From: Dehalococcoidia bacterium
GTDB lineage: Bacteria; Chloroflexota; Dehalococcoidia; Lucifugimonadales; G958296245
DNA length: 64,000 nucleotides
Direction: 5' to 3'
Assembly (NCBI GenBank): GCA_963664035.2
Contig: OY760867.2
Span: forward strand, 192,881-256,880
Shown: one piece after another, positions 17,045-24,543 of the stretch
Numbering within the stretch: the first letter of the stretch is position 1
Layout of the letters: every line of letters begins with the position of its first letter
Made by a program: the position numbers and the translations under genes
The notes under the pieces: model-generated
Told to the model about the DNA's origin: nothing
The model's input: the letters and a program-made list of their open reading frames with translations, nothing else
The model's database searches: none

Positions 17045-17812
17045 CTACCACTTCATGCGGGGTTCGCGGTTATGCTTGCGGAGGAGGTCTTCGGCGCCGC
17101 CCCGGACAAGCCCCACCACGTCTATGCTCTCCACGTGGTCTATCCACATCTCCTTGCCGGCGGCTTTAAGCTTCGCCCTGGCCCTTGCGTAGGCGTCGTC
17201 CACCCTGGGGTCGGCGTTTCCTCCTGGGATGCCGAGGGACTGGGCCATGTCCTCCCTGCCCTCGGCGAAGTATTGGAGGCCGTCGACCTGGAGGATGTCC
17301 TCGAGGTTGTCCACGCAGGTTGCGCTCTCGATCTGCGGGACGACGACGAGGTTGTCGTTGACGTCGGCCATCAGGTCGGCGCGGCTGTCGGTGTCCTGGT
17401 GGAAGACCATGGCGAGGCTGGTCGCGCTCCGCAGGCCCAGGGGGGCGAAGTAGGAGAACTTGACCAGGGCCTCGGCCTCCTCGCGGGTCTGGAGGTTGGG
17501 GACGGTGATCTGGCGTATGCCCCGGTCGAGGTAGCTGAGGATGGTGCTCTCGCGCCCGTCCGGCACGCGCATGATGGGGGTGACGCCGAAGCCGATGGCG
17601 ACCCTGCACAGCCTGCCGACGCGCTCGGGCGTGATGGGCGAGTGCTGGCCGTCGAATGCCACGAAGTCGAGGCCGACGCGCCCGGCGAGCTCGACGAGCT
17701 CCTCCGAGGGGTCGGACATGGCGAGGCCGAGGGCCTTTTCGCCGTTGCGTATCCTGGTAAGGCAGTTGTTGGTGAACATGGGCGGCGCTCCGTTGGGTGT
17801 AGTGGCGGACAT
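17045..17812 (-). CDS. HpcH/HpaI-family aldolase
   Basis: Start set at ATG 17812 (MSATTPNGAPPMFTNNCLTRIRNGEKALGL...). LDFVAFDGQH, PIMRVP and VVVPQIES match the 2,4-dihydroxyhept-2-ene-1,7-dioate aldolase-like fold family. Confidence 0.75.
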   Translation of the reverse strand: MSATTPNGAPPMFTNNCLTRIRNGEKALGLAMSDPSEELVELAGRVGLDFVAFDGQHSPITPERVGRLCRVAIGFGVTPIMRVPDGRESTILSYLDRGIRQITVPNLQTREEAEALVKFSYFAPLGLRSATSLAMVFHQDTDSRADLMADVNDNLVVVPQIESATCVDNLEDILQVDGLQYFAEGREDMAQSLGIPGGNADPRVDDAYARARAKLKAAGKEMWIDHVESIDVVGLVRGGAEDLLRKHNREPRMKW

Positions 17813-17915
17813 TCTACACCGTGATTCACGGTTGGTGGGGTTGCATCGCGTGCCGGGGCGTATGGCCGGGTCTGGTACAGTGGTAGTATCAAGCAAGGCA
17901 ATTCTGGAGGGTGTC

Positions 17916-18185
17916 ATGCAGGTGTTCTGGCGAGAGGCGCGGCGGGGCGAGCGTCTCGTGCTCGCGATGGACGACGGGAGCGAGGAGGAGATCGGCGGCG
18001 TGCGGCAGACGAAGCGGGGGTTCGACGCGTTCGCGAAGACGTTCGGGTACGACCCCGGGCGCGCGGTGAAGGGGTTGGAGACGATGGACGATGGTAAGCG
18101 GTTCGTCGAGTCGTTCAGCCCGTGGGAGATGTACGGCGTTTACGGCGCGAAGGTCGAGCCCGGCGTGAGGCCCGAGGTCACGTGA
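17916..18185 (+). CDS. hypothetical protein (89 aa) translationally coupled to npdG
   Basis: ATG 17916 follows GGAGGG. The stop TGA overlaps the GTG of the next gene (GTGA at 18182..18185). No family recognised. Confidence 0.5.
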   Translation: MQVFWREARRGERLVLAMDDGSEEEIGGVRQTKRGFDAFAKTFGYDPGRAVKGLETMDDGKRFVESFSPWEMYGVYGAKVEPGVRPEVT

Positions 18186-18826
18186 TCGGCTTCATAGGCG
18201 GCACCGGCCCTGAGGGGCGCGGCCTGGGCCTCCGGTTCGCGCTGGCGGGGGAGGAGGTGCTGATAGGGTCGCGGGACGCCGGGCGCGCGGCGGAGGCGGC
18301 GGCGAAGGTCGCACGGCGCGGGGGCGCGGGCAGGGTGTCCGGGGCGGTGAACGGGGAGGTTGCGCGGCTGGCGGACACGGTGTTCGTGACGATGCCGTAC
18401 GCGGGGCAGCGGGAGGCGCTGGGGCCGCTGCGGGAGGCGCTGGCGGGGAAGGTGGTGGTGGACGTGGTCGCGCCCCTGAGCTTCGAGGGCGGCGCGCCGC
18501 GCGCGGTGGCCGTGGAGGCGGGCTCGGCGGCGCAGGAGGCGCAGGCGCTGCTGCCGGAGTCCAGGGTGGTCGCGGCGTTCCAGACCGTGAGCGCCCACGA
18601 CCTGCTCGACCCTACCGTTTCGGTGGACTCGGACGTTGTAGTCTGTGGGGACGACGCGGAGGCGAAGGCGCGGGTGATGGCGCTGGCGGAGACCGTGCGG
18701 GGCGTCAGGGCGGTGGACGGCGGGCGGCTGGAGAACGCGCGGTACGTGGAGGACCTGACGGCGCTGCTGCTGAACGTCAACCGGATATACAAGGCGCGGT
18801 CGGCCATCAAGATAGTGGGAATCTGA
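18182..18826 (+). CDS. npdG: NADPH-dependent F420 reductase
   Basis: The GTG start gives VIGFIGGTGPEGRGLGLRFALAGEEVLIGSR (Rossmann GGTGxxG). Length of about 214 aa and overall similarity fit NpdG-type proteins. Confidence 0.75.
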   Translation: MIGFIGGTGPEGRGLGLRFALAGEEVLIGSRDAGRAAEAAAKVARRGGAGRVSGAVNGEVARLADTVFVTMPYAGQREALGPLREALAGKVVVDVVAPLSFEGGAPRAVAVEAGSAAQEAQALLPESRVVAAFQTVSAHDLLDPTVSVDSDVVVCGDDAEAKARVMALAETVRGVRAVDGGRLENARYVEDLTALLLNVNRIYKARSAIKIVGI

Positions 18827-18836
18827 GGAGACCGGG

Positions 18837-20225
18837 TTGAAGACGAGGTCCATCACGCTGTTGGCGGCGCTGGCGGCGGCGGTCGCCGCGCTGGGGAGCG
18901 GCTACCCAGCGGAGCCTATCCGCGTGGTGTCGAGCGACCACGAGATACGCTTTCCGTCGGAAATCGTCTTCAGGCTGACGGCCGAGGGCGAGAGCGCGAT
19001 CACGGGTGTGAAGCTCCACTACCGGCTGTCGGACGGCAGGGTGAGGGTGTACGGCTACCCGGACTTCGTGGCCGGCCGGCGGGTGACGGCGGACTTCTCG
19101 CTGAAGACGGCCGCGTCCAACTACCTGCCGACGGGCGTGGAGGTCTCGTACTACTACGAGATCACCGACTCGGCGGGGAACACGGTGGAGACGCCCAGGG
19201 CGACGGTGGAGTACAAGGACCCGCGGTACAGGTGGCGGCGCGTGGAGGTCGGCGACCTGACGGTGGTGTACCACGACCTGCCGGCGTCGGAGGTGGCGGC
19301 GGTGACGGAGAGGGTCGCCGAGCGGCTGGAGGAGGTGAAGGCGGTGTTCGGGATCGACTCGCCGACCCCCATGAAGGGGGTGCTGGTCAACGGCCGGCGA
19401 GAGGCGCGGCGGACGTTCCCGTTCATAAGCGAGACGGCGACGCGGGGGCACGTCTTCGCGGGCTACGCGTATGACCGGTACGACCTGTTCGTGCTGGCGG
19501 GTCTGTGGGAAGACGGGATGGTACACGAGGCGGCGCACCTGCTGCTGGACGAGGCTATCGACTCGCCGCTGGGGATAGTGCCGGCGTGGCTGAACGAGGG
19601 GCTGGCGACCTACTTCGAGGGCGGCCCGCACCACGGCGAGCCGATCGTAAGACGGGCGGCGCGCGATGGCGGGCTGCTCAGGCTGCACGCGATGAACAGC
19701 GTCCCCGGGCGGCCGGCGGACATCGCGCTCTTCTACGCCCAGACGCGGAGCATAGTGGAGTATATGCTGGACGCCTACGGGCGCGATCGGATGTCGGCGC
19801 TGCTGCGGGCCATCGACGACGGGGGCGGTATCGACGCCGCGCTGCGCGCCGCGTACGGCTTCGGGCGCGGCGAGTTGGAGGCGGCGTGGGCTGCGGGCTA
19901 CGGCGTCGCGCTGCCGGAGCGGGCGACCGTGGAGCGCGGGCCGCCGGAGACGGGGAGCGAAACGCCCCTGGTGTTCGAGTCGCCGCTGAATAGCGCGGGC
20001 TCGGAGCCGGAGGCCGTTAGCGTTCCAGCAGTGACGGAATCGGCGCCGGAGAGGCCAGCGGCGGCGGAAGCGCCGGGGCAGACGGCGGGAGCTACGGCGC
20101 AGCAGAGCGCCTCCGGCGGCGGCCCATCGGGGGGCGCGCTGGCCGTCGGCGCGGTCGTGCTGGCGCTGATGGCCGCGTCCGGGGCGCTGGCCCTGGGGAT
20201 GGGCCGGCGCAGGCGAGCGCGGTAG
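18837..20225 (+). CDS. membrane-anchored MA-clan metallopeptidase-like protein
   Basis: TTG start follows GAGGAG. Has a signal peptide (MKTRSITLLAALAAAVAALG), HEAAH plus NEGLATYFE (HExxH + E), a low-complexity Ala/Pro/Glu linker, and a C-terminal TM helix followed by GRRRRAR. Confidence 0.7.
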   Translation: MKTRSITLLAALAAAVAALGSGYPAEPIRVVSSDHEIRFPSEIVFRLTAEGESAITGVKLHYRLSDGRVRVYGYPDFVAGRRVTADFSLKTAASNYLPTGVEVSYYYEITDSAGNTVETPRATVEYKDPRYRWRRVEVGDLTVVYHDLPASEVAAVTERVAERLEEVKAVFGIDSPTPMKGVLVNGRREARRTFPFISETATRGHVFAGYAYDRYDLFVLAGLWEDGMVHEAAHLLLDEAIDSPLGIVPAWLNEGLATYFEGGPHHGEPIVRRAARDGGLLRLHAMNSVPGRPADIALFYAQTRSIVEYMLDAYGRDRMSALLRAIDDGGGIDAALRAAYGFGRGELEAAWAAGYGVALPERATVERGPPETGSETPLVFESPLNSAGSEPEAVSVPAVTESAPERPAAAEAPGQTAGATAQQSASGGGPSGGALAVGAVVLALMAASGALALGMGRRRRAR

Positions 20226-20242
20226 GCGCGGAAGGGATACAC

Positions 20243-21019
20243 ATGGATACGACTCACCCCACACCGGACGAGCGGTTCTTCTTCGACACGAACGGCTACC
20301 TGATGCTGGAGGGGCTGTTGCCGGACGACCTCGTGGGGGACCTGACGGAGGCTCTGGCGGGCGCGATCAAGAGGCGGCGCGCCGCGGCGGAGCGGGGCGG
20401 TCCCGTGAGGGAGTCTAAGTTCACGGGGCGCAACGCCCGGATATTCGGCCTGCTCGAAGAGGACCCGGTGTTCCTGCGCCTGATGGACTACGCGCCGGTG
20501 ATGCCGTACGTGCGGGCGCTGCTGAACCCGGAGCCGAACTACCACGCCTCGGACGCGATCTGGGAGGTGGAGGACCCGGGAACGGGCGCCCACTGGCACA
20601 GGGACGGACGGGACGCGGGCTTCGAAGCGCTGGGGCCGCAGGTCCCGCACCTGCAGATCAAGCTGGGGTACTTCCTGTCGGATATGTCGGGGACCGACGA
20701 GGGCAACCTGACGATCGTGCCGGGCTCCCACCACGCCGTGGAGAGCCCGACGGCGGAGCAGAGGGCGGGTTACGACACGATGCCCGGCGCCACCCAGCTC
20801 CGCGGGCCGGTGGGCACGTGCGTCATGTTCCACAACGCGCTGTGGCACACCCCGGGCCGGTGGAGCGACGCCGGCGGGGAACGGATCTTCCTGTACTACG
20901 CCTACGAGCACCCGTGGATGATGGCGGCGTACCAGGCGCCGTATTCCCGTACCTTCTACCACGGCCTATCGGACGAGCGGAAGAAGATGTTCCACGAGGT
21001 CGTGTTCGAGGTAGGCTGA
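20243..21019 (+). CDS. phytanoyl-CoA dioxygenase (PhyH) family protein
   Basis: 258 aa. FFFDTNGYLMLEGLL, WHRDG (HxD) and a distal His (FHNALWHTPG) fit Fe(II)/2OG dioxygenases of the PhyH type. Confidence 0.75.
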   Translation: MDTTHPTPDERFFFDTNGYLMLEGLLPDDLVGDLTEALAGAIKRRRAAAERGGPVRESKFTGRNARIFGLLEEDPVFLRLMDYAPVMPYVRALLNPEPNYHASDAIWEVEDPGTGAHWHRDGRDAGFEALGPQVPHLQIKLGYFLSDMSGTDEGNLTIVPGSHHAVESPTAEQRAGYDTMPGATQLRGPVGTCVMFHNALWHTPGRWSDAGGERIFLYYAYEHPWMMAAYQAPYSRTFYHGLSDERKKMFHEVVFEVG

Positions 21020-21038
21020 CGACCCGTTTGCGCTATAG

Positions 21039-21596
21039 CTACTGGAACAGGCCGTCGACGGGCATGGTCCAGCCGGGGACGGCAGGCTCGGCTTCCGCGA
21101 CGTCGCCGCGGCGGTAGGCGGTAGGCGAGTCCGGGCGGTCCGAACGGTAGGCCGTGACCACGTCGCCCCCGAGCAGGTCGACGTCCCAGACCACGAGCGT
21201 GCCGGCGGCGAAGTAATCGGCGCGCTTGGCGGCCATCTCCCTCTCGGCGGCGGGCCCGTAGTCCCCCTCGCTCCGTATCTCCGCGGCGAACGCGGGCGCT
21301 CCCTGGGCGAACTTCATGCCCGGGTCCTCGCCGGTGAAGTATGCCGCGTCGGGGCTGAAGGACTGCCTGTTAGGGAGGTCCACGATAAAGCCGACGTTAT
21401 CGGCGACGGCCATGCCTGGGCGGCCGCGCCGGACGTACTCGTACAGGCTCAGCCATATCTTGCTGCCTGCGAAGCCGGGCCTGAACCCCGTGGGCGCCAT
21501 CAGCCGCAACTCTCCCTCTACAAGCTCGGCCTTTCCGCCCTCGGCGACGCCGTAGAGGTCCCACACCGTCGCGGGCTTCTTGAGGGTCGTCGCCAT
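21039..21596 (-). CDS. Uma2-family (DUF820) endonuclease
   Basis: Start set at ATG 21596, with GGAGG 5 nt upstream. KAELVEGEL, SPDAAYF and FAAEIRSEGD (PD...ExK-like) are typical Uma2 features. Confidence 0.75.
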   Translation of the reverse strand: MATTLKKPATVWDLYGVAEGGKAELVEGELRLMAPTGFRPGFAGSKIWLSLYEYVRRGRPGMAVADNVGFIVDLPNRQSFSPDAAYFTGEDPGMKFAQGAPAFAAEIRSEGDYGPAAEREMAAKRADYFAAGTLVVWDVDLLGGDVVTAYRSDRPDSPTAYRRGDVAEAEPAVPGWTMPVDGLFQ

Positions 21597-21629
21597 CCAT
21601 GCCTCCACGATCCCGGGGCGGGTACGTCC

Positions 21630-22364
21630 TTACGCTGTCTCGGCTGCCTCGGATAGCTCCTTCCGCCCCCTGTACATGCCAAGCCCGATGATGAACAGGC
21701 AGATGCTATCGACGTATAGGATCATGCTGGATATCCAGATCAGGGTCTGGATATCCAAGCCCGGAGCGTTCATCGCGAGCAGGAAGATGACCAGTCCCAC
21801 GAGTCCGCCGGCCGCAATGACGTAGCTCGCGATCTTGTAGGGGCCCGTCGATGAGAATCTGCTAGCGAGCCCAAGGCCCAGCATCATGGTCGCCAAGGGG
21901 AACAGAGCTATGAGAGACAATACGATCCCCGCCATGTTGGTTTGCACGGTCAGGGCCGCGGCCTCGAATTCTGCCGCCAATGGAGACCCGGCGACGAGTT
22001 GCTCGCTGCGCTGCATCAGGTGGATGACGAAGTGCCGCATCCCCGCCGCCACGATGAGAAAGCTCCACTCGATGACCGAGACGATGATGCCGAACTGCAG
22101 CAGCCTCCCTCCCAGCCCGGCCTGACGGCTCGCCAGGGGGTAGAGAGCCAGTGCGCCGAAGGTCATGAGCAGCATGGAGACGATCTCGGCGAACGTCACC
22201 CAATGCGCCAGGATCGCCGTATCTCCCAGGGCGTCCCGCGCCGCGACGAAGTCGGTCTGGTCCACGGGGTCTATGATCGTTCTCCCCGGCAGTAGCCATG
22301 AAGTCGCCAGGAGCAGTACTATACTTGCCATCAAGGCAATACCCGCGTATCTGGTTGTCATCAT
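21630..22364 (-). CDS. integral membrane protein, function unknown
   Basis: Start set at ATG 22364 (MMTTRYAGIALMASIVLLL...). About 6 predicted hydrophobic helices. No family confidently recognised. Confidence 0.6.
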   Translation of the reverse strand: MMTTRYAGIALMASIVLLLATSWLLPGRTIIDPVDQTDFVAARDALGDTAILAHWVTFAEIVSMLLMTFGALALYPLASRQAGLGGRLLQFGIIVSVIEWSFLIVAAGMRHFVIHLMQRSEQLVAGSPLAAEFEAAALTVQTNMAGIVLSLIALFPLATMMLGLGLASRFSSTGPYKIASYVIAAGGLVGLVIFLLAMNAPGLDIQTLIWISSMILYVDSICLFIIGLGMYRGRKELSEAAETA

Positions 22365-22442
22365 TGCACCCCAGCTATGTGATTTGACGCCCCGCCATTG
22401 GGGAATCCCCAAGCGGAACCCCAGCTTGCGCGTAGAAGCATA

Positions 22443-23253
22443 TCACACCGTGAATCCAGGGGCATTCTGGTATATGTTCAGAATATGGGAGGGCAGCCAC
22501 AAAGGGCTGCACCTACGGGATGGAAGCCGTAGTCGTAGGGGCGTCCCTCGTGGGCGCCCTAGGTGAGGGACGCACCAACTCTGAACAGTTACGCAGCCTG
22601 GTATATGTTCAGAATATGGGAGGGCAGCCACAAAGGGCTGCACCTACGGGATGGAAGCCGTAGTCGTAGGGGCGTCCCTTGTGGGCGCCCTAGGTGAGGG
22701 ACGCACCAACTCTAAACAGTTACGCAGCCTGGTATATGTTCAGAATATGGGAGGGCAGCCACAAAGGGCTGCACCTACGGGATGGAAGCCGTAGTCGTAG
22801 GGGCGTCCCTTGTGGGCGCCCTAGGTGAGGGACGCACCAACTCTGAACAGTTACGCAGCCTGGTATATGTTCAGAATATGGGAGGGCAACCACAAAGGGC
22901 TGCACCTACGGGATGGAAGCCGTAGTCGTAGGGGCGTCCCTCGTGGGCGTCTGGACGAGAAACACACCAACTCTGAACAGTTACGCATTCTGGTATATGT
23001 TCAGAATATGGGAGGGCAGCCACAAAGGGCTGCACCTACGGGATGGAAGCCGTAGTCGTAGGGGCGTCCCTTGTGGGCGCCCTAAGGTGAGGGCCGCACC
23101 AACTCTGAACAGTTACGCAGCCTGGTATATGTTCAGAATATGGGAGGGCAGCCACAAAGGGCTGCACCTACGGGATGGAAGCCGTAGTCGTAGGGCGTCC
23201 CTTGTGGGCGCCCTAGGTGAGGGACGCACCAACTCTGAACAGTTACGCATCCT
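22443..23253. repeat. tandem array, 6 copies of a ~131-bp unit
   Basis: Unit starts (ggtatatgttcagaatatggg...) are at 22469, 22600, 22731, 22862, 22992 and 23124, giving periods of 131, 131, 131, 130 and 132. Units are near-identical except for a substituted patch at 22950..22964 in unit 4. The array fills the divergent intergenic region between 21630..22364 (-) and 23325..24452 (+). Confidence 0.95.
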
Positions 23254-23324
23254 GGTGAAGACGGGCGGCGGGGCCGGTACAATGGGGCGAGCACGGAACG
23301 CTTGCACGTGGGGTATTCGATCCG

Positions 23325-24452
23325 ATGAAGTCCGCCGCGTTCGTATATGACGACCTGCTTTCGAGGCACACGCTGAGCGACGTACACCCGCTCAAGCCGG
23401 CGCGGCTGCGCTATACCTACGAACTCCTGCGGGGCTACGGCGTCTTCGACGCGCCGGGCGGCGCGCCGGCGGCCCCGAGGCGGGCGGAGGAAGAGGAGCT
23501 GCTGTGGTTCCACACGCAGCCGTATATCGACGCGGTGCGGCGGGTCGGCGACGGCGACGAGTCGGCGGCCGGGCTGGGGTTCAACCTCGGCACGCCGGAC
23601 AACCCGGCCTACGGCGGGATGTACGAGGCGGCGCTATGGTCGACGGGGGCATCGCTGCGGGCGGCGGAGATGCTGCTGGCGGACGAGGCGGACGTCGCAT
23701 TCAGCATATCCGGCGGGCTGCACCACGCCATGCCAGGATACGCCTCGGGCTTCTGCGTCTTCAACGACCCTGTGATAGCCATCGAGGCGCTGCGGCGGCG
23801 CGGGCTGAAGGTGGCGTACGTGGACATAGACTGCCACCACGGCGACGGCGTGCAGCATGCCTTCTACGACACGGACGAGGTGTTGACGGTCTCGGTTCAC
23901 GAGTCGGGGCGGTACATCTTTCCAGGCACGGGGTTCACGGAAGAGACGGGCGCCGGCAGGGGGAGGGGATACTCGGTCAACGTGCCGCTCTACCCGTACA
24001 CCACGGACGAGACCTACCTGTGGGCGTTCCGCGAGGTGGTCTTGCCGCTGCTGGAGGCGTTCGCGCCGGACGCGCTGGTGACGCAGCTTGGGATCGACTC
24101 GCACTTCCGCGACCCGATCACTCACCTGGCGCTGACGGTGCAGGGCTTCGGGGAGGCGGTCCGGTCGTTCAGGGGCGTTGCGCCGAAGTGGCTGGCCCTG
24201 GGCGGCGGCGGGTACGACCTGCAGGCGGTGGCGCGGGCGTGGTCGGCGGCCTACGGCATCATGTCGGGGCGGGAGGTGGGGGACGCGCTTCCGGACGAGT
24301 ACCGGGACCGGTACGGCGTATCGACGCTGCACGATCCCGGCGTGCCCTCGGTGCCCGCCCAGGTGGTCGGCGACGCGCGCAGGTTCGCCGAGAGCAGCGT
24401 GGCGGCGGTGCGGGCGCTGGTGTTTCCCGTGTACGGCCTCCGGGCGGGCTGA
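23325..24452 (+). CDS. histone deacetylase-family protein (AcuC/acetoin utilisation-like deacetylase)
   Basis: 375 aa. GGLHHAMPGYASGFCVFND and YVDIDCHHGDGVQ are class I/II HDAC catalytic and Zn-binding motifs. Confidence 0.85.
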   Translation: MKSAAFVYDDLLSRHTLSDVHPLKPARLRYTYELLRGYGVFDAPGGAPAAPRRAEEEELLWFHTQPYIDAVRRVGDGDESAAGLGFNLGTPDNPAYGGMYEAALWSTGASLRAAEMLLADEADVAFSISGGLHHAMPGYASGFCVFNDPVIAIEALRRRGLKVAYVDIDCHHGDGVQHAFYDTDEVLTVSVHESGRYIFPGTGFTEETGAGRGRGYSVNVPLYPYTTDETYLWAFREVVLPLLEAFAPDALVTQLGIDSHFRDPITHLALTVQGFGEAVRSFRGVAPKWLALGGGGYDLQAVARAWSAAYGIMSGREVGDALPDEYRDRYGVSTLHDPGVPSVPAQVVGDARRFAESSVAAVRALVFPVYGLRAG

Positions 24453-24485
24453 CAGGGATAGCTCAGGCTACCAGGAGAGAAGAAT

Positions 24486-24517
24486 GGCCCGCCCTCGGTT
24501 CCCCGCGAGGGCGGGCC
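24486..24517. terminator. stem-loop terminator shared by convergent genes
   Basis: GGCCCGCCCT-cggttccccgcg-AGGGCGGGCC (10-bp perfect stem). On the minus strand it is followed by ATTCTTCTCTCC. It lies 27 bp past the giant gene's stop. A duplicate is at 38094..38125. Confidence 0.65.
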
Positions 24518-24543
24518 TGGTCGTCTAGGGCTATTGGGGGGGC

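Noticed and set aside
22443-23253. CRISPR array interpretation of the 131-bp tandem repeats (and of the 20-bp repeats at 36.7-37.4 kb)
   Set aside because: Whole units are repeated head to tail with no unique spacers. The unit length is far from CRISPR repeat-plus-spacer geometry, and no cas genes are present in the window.
22825-23350. ORFs across the tandem array (22825..23055, 22913..23350, 22443..22643 -, 22720..22905 -, 23113..23307 -) and the 15-codon mini-ORF MGGQPQRAAPTGWKP present in each unit
   Set aside because: They are periodic translations of the repeat. There is no SD in front of the mini-ORF and the composition is not protein-like.
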